Notes under the pieces: generated by a model | Databases searched by the model: none | What the model saw: the letters and a program-made list of their open reading frames with translations, nothing else | What the model was told of the DNA's origin: nothing | In this document: piece by piece, positions 9,911 through 22,000 of the stretch | How positions within the stretch are numbered: the first letter of the stretch is position 1 | Layout: each line of letters begins with the position of its first letter | DNA from: Escherichia coli | Lineage (GTDB): Bacteria > Pseudomonadota > Gammaproteobacteria > Enterobacterales > Enterobacteriaceae | NCBI RefSeq assembly: GCF_003019035.1 | Contig: NZ_CP027447.1 | Strand: one strand, 5' to 3' | DNA length: 64,000 bases | Program-made: the position numbers and the translations under genes

Positions 9911-10945
9911 TTAGTCGTATTTCACATTGATTAATGCGGTTGCCTCCAGTGCGCCAGATTTAACTTTGTTTGTATCGTAAACGTAGTAACTGGCCGTTAT
10001 CGGAATTGAAACCGTTGTATCTGTAAGTTTTGACTTTGCCGCAATTTCTTTTAAATTTGTATATCCTTTACTGCTGTTAGTGATATTTAAAAGTGTGACT
10101 GGCGTACCATTACTTTCAAGAATAAATCCTACGCCATTATCTTCCGCACCTTTCAGGATCGTGTTGCTGTTGGTTAACAAGTCAGAACTTGATAAATACA
10201 CCTGCATTTTCCGTGATGTTTGATTTTGTTGACCTAATAAGTTTTTACAACGCAGAACAATATCCCCTTTGTTACTATTTATTGTTGCTTTGTTACCTGT
10301 AGCTGGTAATTGTGAAACGGGAATACTCTCTAAAGTAATTAATAAATCGTCCGGTTTGCAGGTTGTGGTTATCGGGTTGTATGACAATGTCAGATTAAAG
10401 GAATAGACACCTGCATTTTGTGCCAATGCATTTCTGTAGCTATTTACACATGCATCCCATGACTTACCACCTAATAAACACAGTAGAAATTGTACTGCGG
10501 CACTCCCGCGTGTCGATGATGAAGCACTGGATAATGTCGCAACTCCATTAATCATCACTGAACCACCGCCTCCCGCAGAAACATTCACTTTTGCATTACT
10601 GGCCGCAGGTGTCACCGTTACCGAATAACCACTGGTGAAACTGGTCTGATTATTTGACAACGTAATGTTGTTTTTATTGGTCCATTCAAAATGTAAATTT
10701 AATTTAATGGTATCGTTATAAAGTCCAACAATAATATCCGACGGGCTCATAGGGGTGATAGTATTTGTACTCACGCATGACGAATCATTAAAATTATGCT
10801 CATATGTCGCCATTTGTGTTTGAGTAAGTGAAAAATCCCCCTGAACAACCAAATTGTGCTGAACAGATAACTCACTATAACATGCCGCATAGCTCACAGG
10901 CATAACCATCATCATTACTATAAATAGCATTATGCGAATTTCCAT
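9911..10945 (-). CDS. yehA: Fimbrial adhesin-like / tip subunit of Yeh chaperone-usher fimbriae, 344 aa
   Basis: Signal peptide, Ser/Thr/Asn-rich, AT-rich codon usage; last gene of yehDCBA cluster; recalled as YehA. Confidence 0.88.
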   Translation of the reverse strand: MEIRIMLFIVMMMVMPVSYAACYSELSVQHNLVVQGDFSLTQTQMATYEHNFNDSSCVSTNTITPMSPSDIIVGLYNDTIKLNLHFEWTNKNNITLSNNQTSFTSGYSVTVTPAASNAKVNVSAGGGGSVMINGVATLSSASSSTRGSAAVQFLLCLLGGKSWDACVNSYRNALAQNAGVYSFNLTLSYNPITTTCKPDDLLITLESIPVSQLPATGNKATINSNKGDIVLRCKNLLGQQNQTSRKMQVYLSSSDLLTNSNTILKGAEDNGVGFILESNGTPVTLLNITNSSKGYTNLKEIAAKSKLTDTTVSIPITASYYVYDTNKVKSGALEATALINVKYD

Positions 10946-10960
10946 AGAACCACCTGACTA

Positions 10961-13441
10961 TTACTGGCAAATATAATTTCTACTTTCATCAATCTCTTTA
11001 CCGAAGGTGATTGTGCATGAAAGCCCTTGTTGCTTATCAATTGCCACATTAACCGATGGCGGTACTTCATTGGTGCGAATAAATAACTGGCTTCCCTGGC
11101 CGACAACACCAATATTATGACCATGGATATCATTGACTTCATAACCAAACGTTAATGGTTGCCCATCCGCTCTTAACGCTTTTATAAACCATGGCTTGCG
11201 CTGATCGGTATCAAAATTAACCAGTACAACCGCGCCGCGATAAGGGGCGGCAATTTTCCGGTTGCCACGTAATTCTGCTTCGCTATCGCTTTGTGACACA
11301 TCCAACATCAGGTAATTTTCCCGATAAGGTGTCATTCCGTCATATACCACCACTCCATTACGGTTTGTTGTGTGATATTTTTGCCCATTGACATAAGCAT
11401 CTTTAATTCCTGGCGCATTCATCACAGCAAACGTTTCAGAAAGACGGTTTGCCAGATTAACGCCACCCGACCAGGCGACAATGCCCCCTGAAACACTGGC
11501 TCCAGCCTGTCGATAAGCACTCGACTGACTATAACTGCCATTCACTGTCGCAACCGGCGCGTTCCAGGTTAAATTCGCCCCAGCTGTCGTTTCATTTCCC
11601 TGATACTGATAACTCAGGTTGACCCCATAGTTAAACTGATCCCGGCTTCCAACGGTTCCTGATAATCCCGTATTATTTGAGGCAACCCCCTGATCATCAA
11701 ACGTCGTTGAGTTAGACATATATATTTGCCGACGAGGCGTCGTAACGTCATCACCCCAATCAAAGGGAATCGATATAAAAATATTAAAACGTTTCTCTTC
11801 ATGATGATTCTCGTCATAAGCCTGGCTTGCCGCGAGGGTATAGCTTATCCGTCGTAGGTTGTTGGAATAACTCAACTGATAATCCTTACTACTGCCGCTA
11901 CGCCCCCAGTAATCTCGCCATAACGTACTTAATGACACAGAACCCCAGCCTTCTGGCAATGACTGGCTCATATTAGCAGAAAAGCTATTTTTACGGCCAA
12001 AATCGTTCTGGTAATAATCGGCAATGTCATAGATATCGTTTTCATCACGGCGATAATTATCTTTATTGTTTGCCCAAACGTGATCGTTAAATGTCCGGTA
12101 ATCACGCGACGAATAACGCCAGGCCGCCAGACCAAAACGCGTCGACGTTTGGCTCACAAATTTGTTGTAGGCAATTTGATAACTTTGCCCGTCAAACACA
12201 TCGCCGTTGTCTTGTTTACTATGCGACTTCGTGGCATCGACGGAAATGGCACCAATGCGTGTATTCCAGCCAGTCCCCAAAGTGAACGCGTAATAATTAT
12301 TCGCGACCATCGATCCGCCATACAGCGTCAATAAGTTATTAAAACCATACTGATAACCCGCCTGAACAAAATCACTTTGTTTGCTCGCCCCTTCAATATG
12401 GCTACGACCTGCCGCAAAATCATATTTCGACACGCCGGGTTGCAGCATATTCGGCACTGCTGCATAAGGCACCAGATAGGTGGTTACCGAACCGTCCGCC
12501 TCTTTCACGCTGACATCAAGATCTGCTCCACCACCGGCCAACTGCAAATCTGTAATCGCAAACGGGCCAGGAGGAACCTCTTTCTGATAAACCACAAAAC
12601 CGTTCTGTTCAATAGTTACCAGCGCGTTACTCTGAGCAATCCCCTGCACCCGTGGCGTAAAATTCTGTTTCGAGTTAGGCAACATCTGCATATCACGAAA
12701 CAACCGCACACCGCTGAAGCGAACAGAATCAAAAATATCGCTTGATGTGTACATATCACCCACGCGAAGCGTGCCGAGAAGTTGGGCAAATCCACGTTCC
12801 AGATACAGGGTATTGCTTTTCCACACCCCTGGATTGCTATTTGTTTTACTGAAACTGGCATCAGAATGCAGTTGCCACCCCAGTAAGTTTAACCCGCTGT
12901 TAAAACGTACATATGTACTCTTGCTATTACCCGACGCTTTATAGTCGCTGTAATACTGACTCACATAATAAGAGGTATAAAACGCATTAATACCCCGCTC
13001 CCAGTTTTCCGGTGGAACATAGCCACTTTCCAGTTCTTCCACCCACGCCTGCGGGACACTGAAATCGAGACGAAAAACTCCGATATCCCAGGTATAGCTC
13101 CCACCCTGAACAAGTTGCTCAAATGTTAAACATTGCTTACCGCTGGCAAAGTTATCGGTATTAATGCCTAACCGCTTGATAATTTCCCTTGATAAACATG
13201 TTTCTTGCGGGTTGTCTTTAACAATAATCTCATATTTCCCGCGCCATTGCTTATTGACATAAATATCGATGTCATACTGCCCCGGCAAGGGTTGATTATC
13301 ATCAAGACGAATATTTGCAACCTGCTGGTCTTTCATTCCACCTATCATAAAATGGGTATCAAAGGTTTCTTCAGCTGCATAAGCTTCAATGCCGAGCAAT
13401 AACGCTACGATTGCTGATGCAAGTGGGGTCATTCTCAACAT
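10961..13441 (-). CDS. yehB: Outer-membrane fimbrial usher protein, 826 aa
   Basis: ORF-track start (TTG at 13456) rejected; ATG at 13439-13441 gives MLRMTPLASAIVALLLGIEAYA.. signal peptide; large beta-barrel usher-type protein. Confidence 0.9.
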   Translation of the reverse strand: MLRMTPLASAIVALLLGIEAYAAEETFDTHFMIGGMKDQQVANIRLDDNQPLPGQYDIDIYVNKQWRGKYEIIVKDNPQETCLSREIIKRLGINTDNFASGKQCLTFEQLVQGGSYTWDIGVFRLDFSVPQAWVEELESGYVPPENWERGINAFYTSYYVSQYYSDYKASGNSKSTYVRFNSGLNLLGWQLHSDASFSKTNSNPGVWKSNTLYLERGFAQLLGTLRVGDMYTSSDIFDSVRFSGVRLFRDMQMLPNSKQNFTPRVQGIAQSNALVTIEQNGFVVYQKEVPPGPFAITDLQLAGGGADLDVSVKEADGSVTTYLVPYAAVPNMLQPGVSKYDFAAGRSHIEGASKQSDFVQAGYQYGFNNLLTLYGGSMVANNYYAFTLGTGWNTRIGAISVDATKSHSKQDNGDVFDGQSYQIAYNKFVSQTSTRFGLAAWRYSSRDYRTFNDHVWANNKDNYRRDENDIYDIADYYQNDFGRKNSFSANMSQSLPEGWGSVSLSTLWRDYWGRSGSSKDYQLSYSNNLRRISYTLAASQAYDENHHEEKRFNIFISIPFDWGDDVTTPRRQIYMSNSTTFDDQGVASNNTGLSGTVGSRDQFNYGVNLSYQYQGNETTAGANLTWNAPVATVNGSYSQSSAYRQAGASVSGGIVAWSGGVNLANRLSETFAVMNAPGIKDAYVNGQKYHTTNRNGVVVYDGMTPYRENYLMLDVSQSDSEAELRGNRKIAAPYRGAVVLVNFDTDQRKPWFIKALRADGQPLTFGYEVNDIHGHNIGVVGQGSQLFIRTNEVPPSVNVAIDKQQGLSCTITFGKEIDESRNYICQ

Positions 13442-13456
13442 AGGCAGCTCCTGCAA

Positions 13457-14131
13457 TTAAATTTTGTCACTAATATAGTTGCCATGGTCATCGATAATGG
13501 TCAGATGCCAGTTATTCGCATTATTACTTTTGACATTAATACTCTGACTTTCTAAGGGGGCAATCATAATAGTTTCATAATTGACTTTGACATTATTAGC
13601 TTTGACATCCGAAATCGTCACCCAATTTGCTGAGTCATTTTTTATCACCAATCCATTGCCACTGCGATTTACCCGTAACTTTTTAAATGTCGCTTTATTT
13701 ACCGGTGCAATACCCGCAGGCCGGTAAAACAATTTGATTCTGTTTTGCATTGCAAATTTCAGTGCATTCTTGCCCTCTTGCTCTGGACTATTTGGTGGAA
13801 TATCCAGAACATTCAGATAAAAAATGCTCTCTTTATTAGTGGGCAGTTTATTCGGCATAATTTTGATTTTTACTTGCTGCCCGGAATTTGCCCCTATTTT
13901 TGCCACTGGTGGCGTTAACATGAAAGGAACCTGAATTTTTTCTGGTGGTAACGACGTATCACCATCATCAATCCACGCCTGCAGCAGCGAAGAACGGTTT
14001 CCCTGATTCATCAACTGCACCATCACTTCTTTATTTTCTGCCGGGTAAATAATACGCGTCCCGTAGATAACAATACCGGCATGTGCAGGAAGGACCATAG
14101 AAGAAATGAGTAAAGCAAATAATCCTTTCAT
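13457..14131 (-). CDS. yehC: Periplasmic fimbrial chaperone (PapD-like), 224 aa
   Basis: Signal peptide MKGLFALLISSMVLPAHA followed by chaperone-like sequence; sits between major subunit and usher genes. Confidence 0.88.
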   Translation of the reverse strand: MKGLFALLISSMVLPAHAGIVIYGTRIIYPAENKEVMVQLMNQGNRSSLLQAWIDDGDTSLPPEKIQVPFMLTPPVAKIGANSGQQVKIKIMPNKLPTNKESIFYLNVLDIPPNSPEQEGKNALKFAMQNRIKLFYRPAGIAPVNKATFKKLRVNRSGNGLVIKNDSANWVTISDVKANNVKVNYETIMIAPLESQSINVKSNNANNWHLTIIDDHGNYISDKI

Positions 14132-14150
14132 CTTAATGCCTCTTAAATTA

Positions 14151-14180
14151 AAAGGCCGCCATGGGGATAGCGGCCATGTT
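14151..14180 (-). terminator. Putative intra-operon hairpin/attenuator between yehD and yehC
   Basis: GGCCGC..(9 nt)..GCGGCC hairpin (14155-14175); on the minus strand it is followed by a U-rich tract (plus-strand AAAA/TTAAATTAA); such partial terminators after the major pilin gene are common in fimbrial operons. Confidence 0.4.
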
Positions 14181-14211
14181 TATTACCTGGAGAAACTTGA
14201 AATTTTATTTA

Positions 14212-14754
14212 TTAATCCTGCGCCACACGCATAACCAGAGAAGATAACACATCACCTGATTGCACTGAATTATCTGTCAGCTTCAGGTATTTTGCTTTAA
14301 ACGGAATAGCATATTGACCTTCCGCTGTTTTATAACTCTCAATGTTAAAAGGTGCAGAAACATCCAGGACATCGCTGTTATCACCTAAATAGAGATAGTA
14401 CCCCACGGTATCGTTGCTACTGGCTATCGCCTTATCGTTTCCGGTTATTTTATCGTTGGTAATCAACGAGAGTTTTACACCAGCAACTTCTTTCGGACAG
14501 CTAATTTTTAACATGCTGCTGGTTACACCGACTGCATCATCATAGGTCGAGTATTTAGCTTTACCTTCAAAGACAGTGGTTGGTACAGTTGGCATATTAA
14601 TACTTACTGAATCGCCACCCGCTTCGAATTTACACGGAGATTCTGCAATATTCCCTTTAATGGTTAATGTTCCGGTATCAACGTCTGCGGCAAATACCCC
14701 AGCGCTCATAAAAAAAGAAGAAAAGACAGCGGCAGCAATAATTGAACGTTTCAT
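14212..14754 (-). CDS. yehD: Fimbrial major subunit-like protein, 180 aa
   Basis: Signal peptide MKRSIIAAAVFSSFFMSAGVFA, pilin-like size and conserved Cys pair; first gene of the cluster with long AT-rich upstream region. Confidence 0.9.
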   Translation of the reverse strand: MKRSIIAAAVFSSFFMSAGVFAADVDTGTLTIKGNIAESPCKFEAGGDSVSINMPTVPTTVFEGKAKYSTYDDAVGVTSSMLKISCPKEVAGVKLSLITNDKITGNDKAIASSNDTVGYYLYLGDNSDVLDVSAPFNIESYKTAEGQYAIPFKAKYLKLTDNSVQSGDVLSSLVMRVAQD

Positions 14755-15049
14755 AATATGTTCCTTAATAAAATTTATTTTTTGGTTGTTAAGAGTCTGT
14801 ATCTCTTGGAAACAAATTTCTCACATCAAAAAAGTTGCTGCAATGTAAACATATTGTTTTATTGATTTAAAACAAATTAACTATTGCAATATAAATACAA
14901 CAAATACTTAAGCATATTAAATATTTATCACATCTATTAATTAATGCGGATTTTTGTAAATGGTATTATTGATATCAATAAAAAAGCTGAAATCATTCAC
15001 ACGAATGATTTCAGCTTTCTAAATCCGATTAAAAAACCAGGGTGGCAAA

Positions 15050-15331
15050 TTAATCGTAGCGATTTAACACGATTCGACGTTTGCTATCGCTACCTGCAAC
15101 AACCACTTCTGTCGTTACACCTTTGACTGGCGAAGAAACCTGATGACGGGTATCAACATCATACGTTAACTGACCACAATGCTGTTGAGGTTGACCATTA
15201 ACCATAGCCATACTGCATGTTGGGGGACTGATCCTGCCATTAATCGTTAATGTGGCAGTCTGTGAAGAGAACGCGGGAGAAGCCATTCCATAGGCAAGAA
15301 AAATAATTCCTGACAGCCAGTACTTATTCAT
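15050..15331 (-). CDS. yehE: Small secreted protein of unknown function (93 aa) upstream of the yeh fimbrial genes
   Basis: Signal peptide MNKYWLSGIIFLAYGMASPAFS; recalled as YehE. Confidence 0.8.
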   Translation of the reverse strand: MNKYWLSGIIFLAYGMASPAFSSQTATLTINGRISPPTCSMAMVNGQPQQHCGQLTYDVDTRHQVSSPVKGVTTEVVVAGSDSKRRIVLNRYD

Positions 15332-15593
15332 TGAACGTTATCCCTGTAGTAAAGGTTATGCCTGGATAGAATGAGTGCATAACAAACTATAGCTGTACAT
15401 CCACTACACAGCCACGAAGGATGATAATGAAGCATTGCCTGTACGATCAATCGACTTTATAGAGTTTCGGACGAAGGTCCGCAGAATATTTGCAGCATTA
15501 AATAAGTGTTCATTAATGCGGCAAAAACAAATACACCGCATCAATGTAACATCTCTGCGGTGTATGAAAAACAACCAAAAAGGTTAATACGCG

Positions 15594-16703
15594 TTAGACC
15601 GCGCGGAAGGAAATCTCGCCAGGAATGACTTCTCCCTGCCAATAAAGCTGGGCTGCAACGCGGTCAGCCAGCTGGCGGTAGATAGCGGTAAATTCGCTCT
15701 CCGGACGGCTGATAACCGTTGGCGTGCCTTTATCGAGATCTTCACGTAAGGAGATGTGTAACGGCATCTGCCCCAGCAACTGCGTGTGGTATTTCTCGGC
15801 CAGTTTCTCTGCACCACCGGTACCGAAAATCGGTTCATGGTGACCACAGTTACTGCAAATATGCACACTCATGTTCTCGACAATACCGAGCACCGGAACC
15901 TCGACTTTCTCGAACATCACAATGCCTTTTTTCGCATCGATCAACGCAATGTCCTGCGGGGTGGTGACCACTACCGCGCCAGTTACTGGAATGTTTTGTG
16001 CCAGTGTCAATTGAATGTCACCGGTGCCTGGCGGCATATCAAGCACCAGATAGTCGAGATCCGGCCACAAGGTTTCCTGCAACATTTGCATTAACGCCTT
16101 GCTCGCCATCGGACCACGCCACACCATCGCATTGTCGTCAGTGACCAGATAACCAATTGAATTGGTTGCAAGGCCATGAGACATAATCGGTGCCATGTGG
16201 GTACCGTCCGGCGAAGTTGGACGCTGATTTTCTGCGCCCAGCATGGTGGGGATTGATGGGCCGTAGATATCGGCGTCCAGAATGCCGACTTTCGCCCCTT
16301 CCGCCGCCAGTGCCAACGCCAGGTTTACCGCCGTGGAAGATTTACCCACGCCGCCTTTACCGGAACTGACCGCAATGATGTTCTTCACGCCATTAATACC
16401 CGGCTGATTCTTCACGCGTTTTAAGGTGGCGATATTGTGCGACAGTTTCCAGTCGATAGCTTTCGCCCCGGTGATACGCAGCAGTTCGGCGCTACATTGC
16501 TCTTTTAACTCTTCGAACGCGCTATGCCAGACGAATGGCATAACCAGTTCCACATGCAACGTGTCGTCCATCCAGGCGACATGGTGCAACGCTTTCAGCG
16601 TGGTGAGGTTATGCTTCAGGGTTGGGTGCTGAAAATTGGCCAGTGTCCCGGCGACCATTGCGCGCAAGGCTTCTGGTGATTTGGCCTGGGATTGTTCGTT
16701 CAT
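15594..16703 (-). CDS. mrp: Fe-S cluster carrier P-loop ATPase (Mrp/ApbC/NBP35 family), 369 aa
   Basis: Deviant Walker A SSGKGGVGKSSTAVNLA and CxxC motif (CSNCGHH); divergent from metG. Confidence 0.95.
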   Translation of the reverse strand: MNEQSQAKSPEALRAMVAGTLANFQHPTLKHNLTTLKALHHVAWMDDTLHVELVMPFVWHSAFEELKEQCSAELLRITGAKAIDWKLSHNIATLKRVKNQPGINGVKNIIAVSSGKGGVGKSSTAVNLALALAAEGAKVGILDADIYGPSIPTMLGAENQRPTSPDGTHMAPIMSHGLATNSIGYLVTDDNAMVWRGPMASKALMQMLQETLWPDLDYLVLDMPPGTGDIQLTLAQNIPVTGAVVVTTPQDIALIDAKKGIVMFEKVEVPVLGIVENMSVHICSNCGHHEPIFGTGGAEKLAEKYHTQLLGQMPLHISLREDLDKGTPTVISRPESEFTAIYRQLADRVAAQLYWQGEVIPGEISFRAV

Positions 16704-16870
16704 CCCGACTCCTTATTTATAAAGATAACTTATCGCTATTAGTTTACCTGAAGTTAACAGCTAAGTACTTACCTAATAATGCATCATAAGATGCTTGCAC
16801 AGGACTTACGTAACCATGCCCCATTTGGTACTATCTAAGCCCTTTTCACTACAAAGAAGTAATGCCTACT

Positions 16871-18904
16871 ATGACTCAAGTCGCGAAGAAAATTCTGGTG
16901 ACGTGCGCACTGCCGTACGCTAACGGCTCAATCCACCTCGGCCATATGCTGGAGCACATCCAGGCTGATGTCTGGGTCCGTTACCAGCGAATGCGCGGCC
17001 ACGAGGTCAACTTCATCTGCGCCGACGATGCCCACGGTACACCGATCATGCTGAAAGCTCAGCAGCTCGGTATCACCCCGGAGCAGATGATTGGCGAAAT
17101 GAGTCAGGAGCATCAGACTGATTTCGCAGGCTTTAACATCAGCTATGACAACTATCACTCGACGCACAGCGAAGAGAACCGCCAGTTGTCAGAACTTATC
17201 TACTCTCGCCTGAAAGAAAACGGTTTTATTAAAAACCGCACTATTTCTCAGCTGTACGATCCGGAAAAAGGCATGTTCCTGCCGGACCGTTTTGTGAAAG
17301 GCACCTGCCCGAAATGTAAATCCCCGGATCAATACGGCGATAACTGCGAAGTCTGCGGCGCGACCTACAGCCCGACTGAATTGATCGAGCCGAAATCGGT
17401 GGTTTCTGGCGCTACGCCGGTAATGCGTGATTCTGAACACTTCTTCTTTGATCTGCCCTCTTTCAGCGAAATGTTGCAGGCATGGACCCGCAGCGGTGCG
17501 TTGCAGGAGCAGGTGGCAAATAAAATGCAGGAGTGGTTTGAATCCGGCCTGCAACAGTGGGATATCTCCCGCGACGCGCCGTACTTCGGTTTTGAAATTC
17601 CGAACGCGCCGGGTAAATATTTCTACGTCTGGCTGGATGCGCCGATTGGCTATATGGGTTCTTTCAAGAATCTGTGCGACAAGCGCGGCGACAGCGTAAG
17701 CTTCGATGAATACTGGAAGAAAGACTCCACCGCCGAGCTGTACCACTTCATCGGTAAAGATATTGTTTACTTCCACAGCCTGTTCTGGCCAGCAATGCTG
17801 GAAGGCAGCAACTTCCGCAAGCCGACCAACCTGTTTGTTCATGGCTATGTGACGGTGAACGGCGCGAAGATGTCTAAGTCTCGCGGTACCTTTATTAAGG
17901 CCAGCACCTGGCTGAATCATTTTGACGCCGACAGCCTGCGTTACTACTACACTGCGAAACTCTCTTCGCGCATTGATGATATCGATCTCAACCTGGAAGA
18001 TTTCGTTCAGCGCGTGAATGCCGATATCGTTAACAAAGTGGTTAACCTGGCCTCTCGTAATGCGGGCTTTATCAACAAGCGTTTTGACGGCGTGCTGGCA
18101 AGCGAACTGGCTGACCCGCAGTTGTACAAAACCTTCACGGATGCCGCTGAAGTGATTGGTGAAGCGTGGGAAAGCCGCGAATTTGGTAAAGCAGTGCGCG
18201 AAATCATGGCGCTGGCTGATCTGGCTAACCGCTATGTCGATGAACAGGCTCCGTGGGTGGTGGCAAAACAGGAAGGCCGCGATGCCGACCTGCAGGCAAT
18301 TTGCTCAATGGGCATAAACCTGTTCCGCGTGCTGATGACTTACCTGAAGCCGGTACTGCCGAAACTGACCGAGCGCGCAGAAGCATTCCTCAATACAGAA
18401 CTGACCTGGGATGGTATCCAGCAACCGCTGCTGGGCCACAAAGTGAATCCGTTCAAAGCGCTGTATAACCGCATCGATATGAAGCAGGTTGAAGCACTGG
18501 TGGAAGCGTCTAAAGAAGAAGTGAAAGCAGCTGCCGCGCCAGTTACTGGCCCACTGGCAGATGATCCGATTCAGGAAACCATCACCTTTGACGACTTCGC
18601 CAAAGTTGACCTGCGCGTGGCGCTGATCGAAAACGCAGAGTTTGTTGAAGGTTCTGACAAACTGCTGCGCCTGACGCTGGATCTCGGCGGTGAAAAACGC
18701 AATGTCTTCTCCGGCATTCGTTCTGCTTACCCGGATCCGCAGGCACTTATTGGTCGTCATACCATTATGGTGGCTAACCTGGCACCACGTAAAATGCGCT
18801 TCGGTATCTCCGAAGGCATGGTGATGGCTGCCGGTCCTGGCGGGAAAGATATCTTCCTGCTAAGCCCGGATGCTGGTGCTAAACCGGGTCATCAGGTGAA
18901 ATAA
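16871..18904 (+). CDS. metG: Methionine--tRNA ligase, 677 aa
   Basis: HIGH-type motif ([10 protein letters not shown]) and KMSKS motif ([10 protein letters not shown]); start set at ATG 16871 ([11 protein letters not shown]..) instead of upstream ATG 16862. Confidence 0.97.
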   Translation: MTQVAKKILVTCALPYANGSIHLGHMLEHIQADVWVRYQRMRGHEVNFICADDAHGTPIMLKAQQLGITPEQMIGEMSQEHQTDFAGFNISYDNYHSTHSEENRQLSELIYSRLKENGFIKNRTISQLYDPEKGMFLPDRFVKGTCPKCKSPDQYGDNCEVCGATYSPTELIEPKSVVSGATPVMRDSEHFFFDLPSFSEMLQAWTRSGALQEQVANKMQEWFESGLQQWDISRDAPYFGFEIPNAPGKYFYVWLDAPIGYMGSFKNLCDKRGDSVSFDEYWKKDSTAELYHFIGKDIVYFHSLFWPAMLEGSNFRKPTNLFVHGYVTVNGAKMSKSRGTFIKASTWLNHFDADSLRYYYTAKLSSRIDDIDLNLEDFVQRVNADIVNKVVNLASRNAGFINKRFDGVLASELADPQLYKTFTDAAEVIGEAWESREFGKAVREIMALADLANRYVDEQAPWVVAKQEGRDADLQAICSMGINLFRVLMTYLKPVLPKLTERAEAFLNTELTWDGIQQPLLGHKVNPFKALYNRIDMKQVEALVEASKEEVKAAAAPVTGPLADDPIQETITFDDFAKVDLRVALIENAEFVEGSDKLLRLTLDLGGEKRNVFSGIRSAYPDPQALIGRHTIMVANLAPRKMRFGISEGMVMAAGPGGKDIFLLSPDAGAKPGHQVK

Positions 18905-18913
18905 TCCCCCTTC

Positions 18914-18945
18914 AAGGCGCTGCATCGACAGCGCCTTTTCTTTAT
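18914..18945 (+). terminator. Rho-independent terminator of metG
   Basis: AAGGCGCTG-catcga-CAGCGCCTT hairpin (18914-18937) followed by TTCTTTAT. Confidence 0.8.
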
Positions 18946-19044
18946 AAATTCCTAAAGTTGTTTTCTTGCGATTTTGTCTCTCTCTAACCCGCATAAATAC
19001 TGGTAGCATCAGCATTCAACTGGATAAAATTACAGGGATGCAGA

Positions 19045-22000
19045 ATGAGACACTTTATCTATCAGGACGAAAAATCACATAAATTCTGGGCGGTGGAGCA
19101 GCAGGGAAACGAGTTGCATATCTGTTGGGGAAAAGTTGGCACCAAAGGGCAAAACCAAGTAAAAAGTTTTGCGGATGCTGCGGCAGCGGCAAAAGCGGAG
19201 CTTAAGCTGATCGCGGAGAAGGTGAAGAAGGGATATGTGGAGCAAGCGAAGGATAATTCTTTGCAACCTTCCCAAACGGTAACGGACTCTCTCAAGGTAG
19301 CGGACTTATCCACCATTATTCAGGAACAACCCTCTTTCGTAGCAGAAACCCGTGCGGCTGACAAAAATACAGATGCTGTTTTACCGTGGCTGGCAAAAGA
19401 TATTGCTGTCGTTTTTCCGCTTGAAGTCGTACCCACCACCTTAAGCCATCGCCGCTTTCCCGGAGATCCTGTTACACCTGTAGATAAATTAACCCAGTTA
19501 CGTCGCTTAGCCTGTGGCGTGTCGCAACGGGATAACAAAACAGCTACATTTGACTTCAGCGCCTGTACTTTAGAGTGGCAAAACTTCATCGCTCAGGCGA
19601 TCGATCTGATTAACAGCCCGAAAACGACAAAATTACCATCACCGGTAATGGCTGTACTCGCGGCACTTGAACTGCACTGCACGAGATATAAAGAGCGTGA
19701 GGATGTTATGGATCAGATTATTCAGGAAGGCGGTCTGGAATATGCTACTGATGTAATAATACATCTTCAACAAATATCTATTGAATGGGATTATGTCAAC
19801 AATAATATTGTTTTCCTGTCGTCTGGCATTTCACCTGATTACTTGCAGCAATATTCCAGCTTTGAATTACGCCTACGTAAACATTTATCACTGGCGGAAG
19901 AGTCTCTCTGGCAAAAATGTGCACAAAAACTTATTGCCGCAGTTCCACATATTCCAGAATGGCGGCAACCATTAATTGCTTTGTTATTACCCGAAAAACC
20001 AGAAATTGCACATGAAATTGCCCAGCGTCTACTGGGGCAAAAGAAATTACCCTCGCTTGAGTGGCTAAAAATAGTGGCGACTGATGAGCACATTCTTGCC
20101 TCATTAGAAAAATATCACGAGCCATATGCCATTTTTGATGATTACTATTGTGGTGCGATATGGTCAGCCACCGTATTACAGGAGCAAGGTGTTGCAGCCC
20201 TGCCCCGATTTGCACCCTATGTCGCAAGTGACTACTGCGCCGATGTGTTGAGTCATATCAATCATCCGTTCGCATTAACACTGCTTATACGTGTAGCCGG
20301 GCATACTAAACGCTGTCACGATCGAATGACGAAAGCCTGCGCTGCGTTCCCACACGCAGCACTGGCAGCACTGGCGGAACTTCTAGTGCAAAAAGAAGAG
20401 AATAGTTGGCGCATTATGCTAATGACGATGCTTATCTCGCAACCTACACTAGCAGAACAGGTCATTCCCTGGCTTTCGACACCCGCAGTTGCAGTGCTGA
20501 AATCATGCCAGCAACAACTGAAACAGCCCTCAAACCATGCCAGTGCCGATCTACTGCCGGCCATAGTAGTCTCCCCACCATGGCTTTCGAAAAAGAAAAA
20601 ATCGCCGATTCCGGTGCTTGATTTAGCACCGCTCAACCTCGAATCCATATGCACAATAACCGACACAGAAGCTAAAGAGTTTCAAACTCATTGGGACTGG
20701 GAACCGCATAAGCCAGGTGAAGGTGCTAAAGATTTCCTTTACTCGCTGGGGTATCGCCGCTGGGATTTTGACACATATAAATATATCGGCGCTTCTGACT
20801 CGGCAATTGACGCATGGGAACGTGAGGACTTCGCTACACTCATCCAAATGTTTAAAGCCCACCATGCACCGTATCAGGGGGAGTGGCATCTCAACTCACT
20901 TCCCTTTTTACCTATGCAAAAAGCGATTAAACTATGGGAATTTCTCAGCAAAGAGCCGCATACCGCGGTAAAACCTGTCATGCTTTATTTGCGACTGGCA
21001 GGTATGAGTGGTTTTCTACACTCGTTTTCACGCTACCCTCAAGAAGGTTTTGCGGTTGCTAATTATTTTGCCGCAACGGAACTGGCTCCTGCCGTCGCCC
21101 GCGCCTTTAACAAACTCAAAACTCTACGACAAGACGCCCGCACCTGGCTGCTGAAATATCCGGAACATGCCATTACCGGCCTGTTGCCTGCGGCACTCGG
21201 CAAAGCCGGTGAATCCCAGGATAACGCCCGTGCCGCTTTACGTATGTTGATTGAAAATGGTTATCCGTCATTACTGCAAGAAATCGCCCAGCGTTATAAC
21301 CAGCCGGAAGTAACCGATGCGGTGAACGCTCTACTTGCGCTCGATCCCTTAGATAATCACCCGACTAAAATCCCGACACTTCCGGCCTTTTATCAGCCAT
21401 CGCTCTGGACGCGCCCGGTATTAAAAGCAAACGCCCAATCACTGCCAGATAGCGCCCTCTTCCACCTCGGTGAAATGCTCCGCTTCCCTCAGGAAGATAC
21501 GCTGTATCCGGGGTTATTACAGGTGAAAGACGCCTGTACTGCCGACTCACTGGCTGAGTTTGCCTGGGATCTGTTTACCGCCTGGCAGACCGCTGGCGTG
21601 CCGTCGAAAGAGAGCTGGGCGTTCACTGCATTAGGTGTTCTTGGCAACGATGACACCGCCCGCAAACTGACGCCATTAATCCGCGCCTGGCCTGGCGAAT
21701 CTCAGCATAAACGTGCCACCGTTGGGTTGGATATTCTCGCTGCTATCGGCAGCGATATCGCCCTGATGCAGCTTAACGGCATCGCCCAGAAACTGAAATT
21801 CAAAGCCTTACAGGAGCGGGCGAAAGAAAAAATTGCCGACATTGCCGAAAGTCGCGAACTCACAGTGGCAGAACTTGAAGATCGGTTAGCACCGGATCTC
21901 GGTCTGGATGATAACGGTTCGCTGCTGCTGGATTTCGGGCCACGGCAGTTCACCGTCAGCTTTGATGAAACCTTAAAACCGTTTGTGCGTGATGCTTCCG

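Noticed and set aside
9911-15331. yeh fimbrial cluster as a mobile genomic island
   Set aside because: AT-rich and probably horizontally acquired long ago, but no integrase, transposase, tRNA insertion site or direct-repeat boundaries are visible.
17189-17920. 243-aa minus-strand ORF inside metG
   Set aside because: Entirely antisense to a highly conserved essential gene; Arg/Ala-rich composition typical of GC-rich antisense frames; no RBS.
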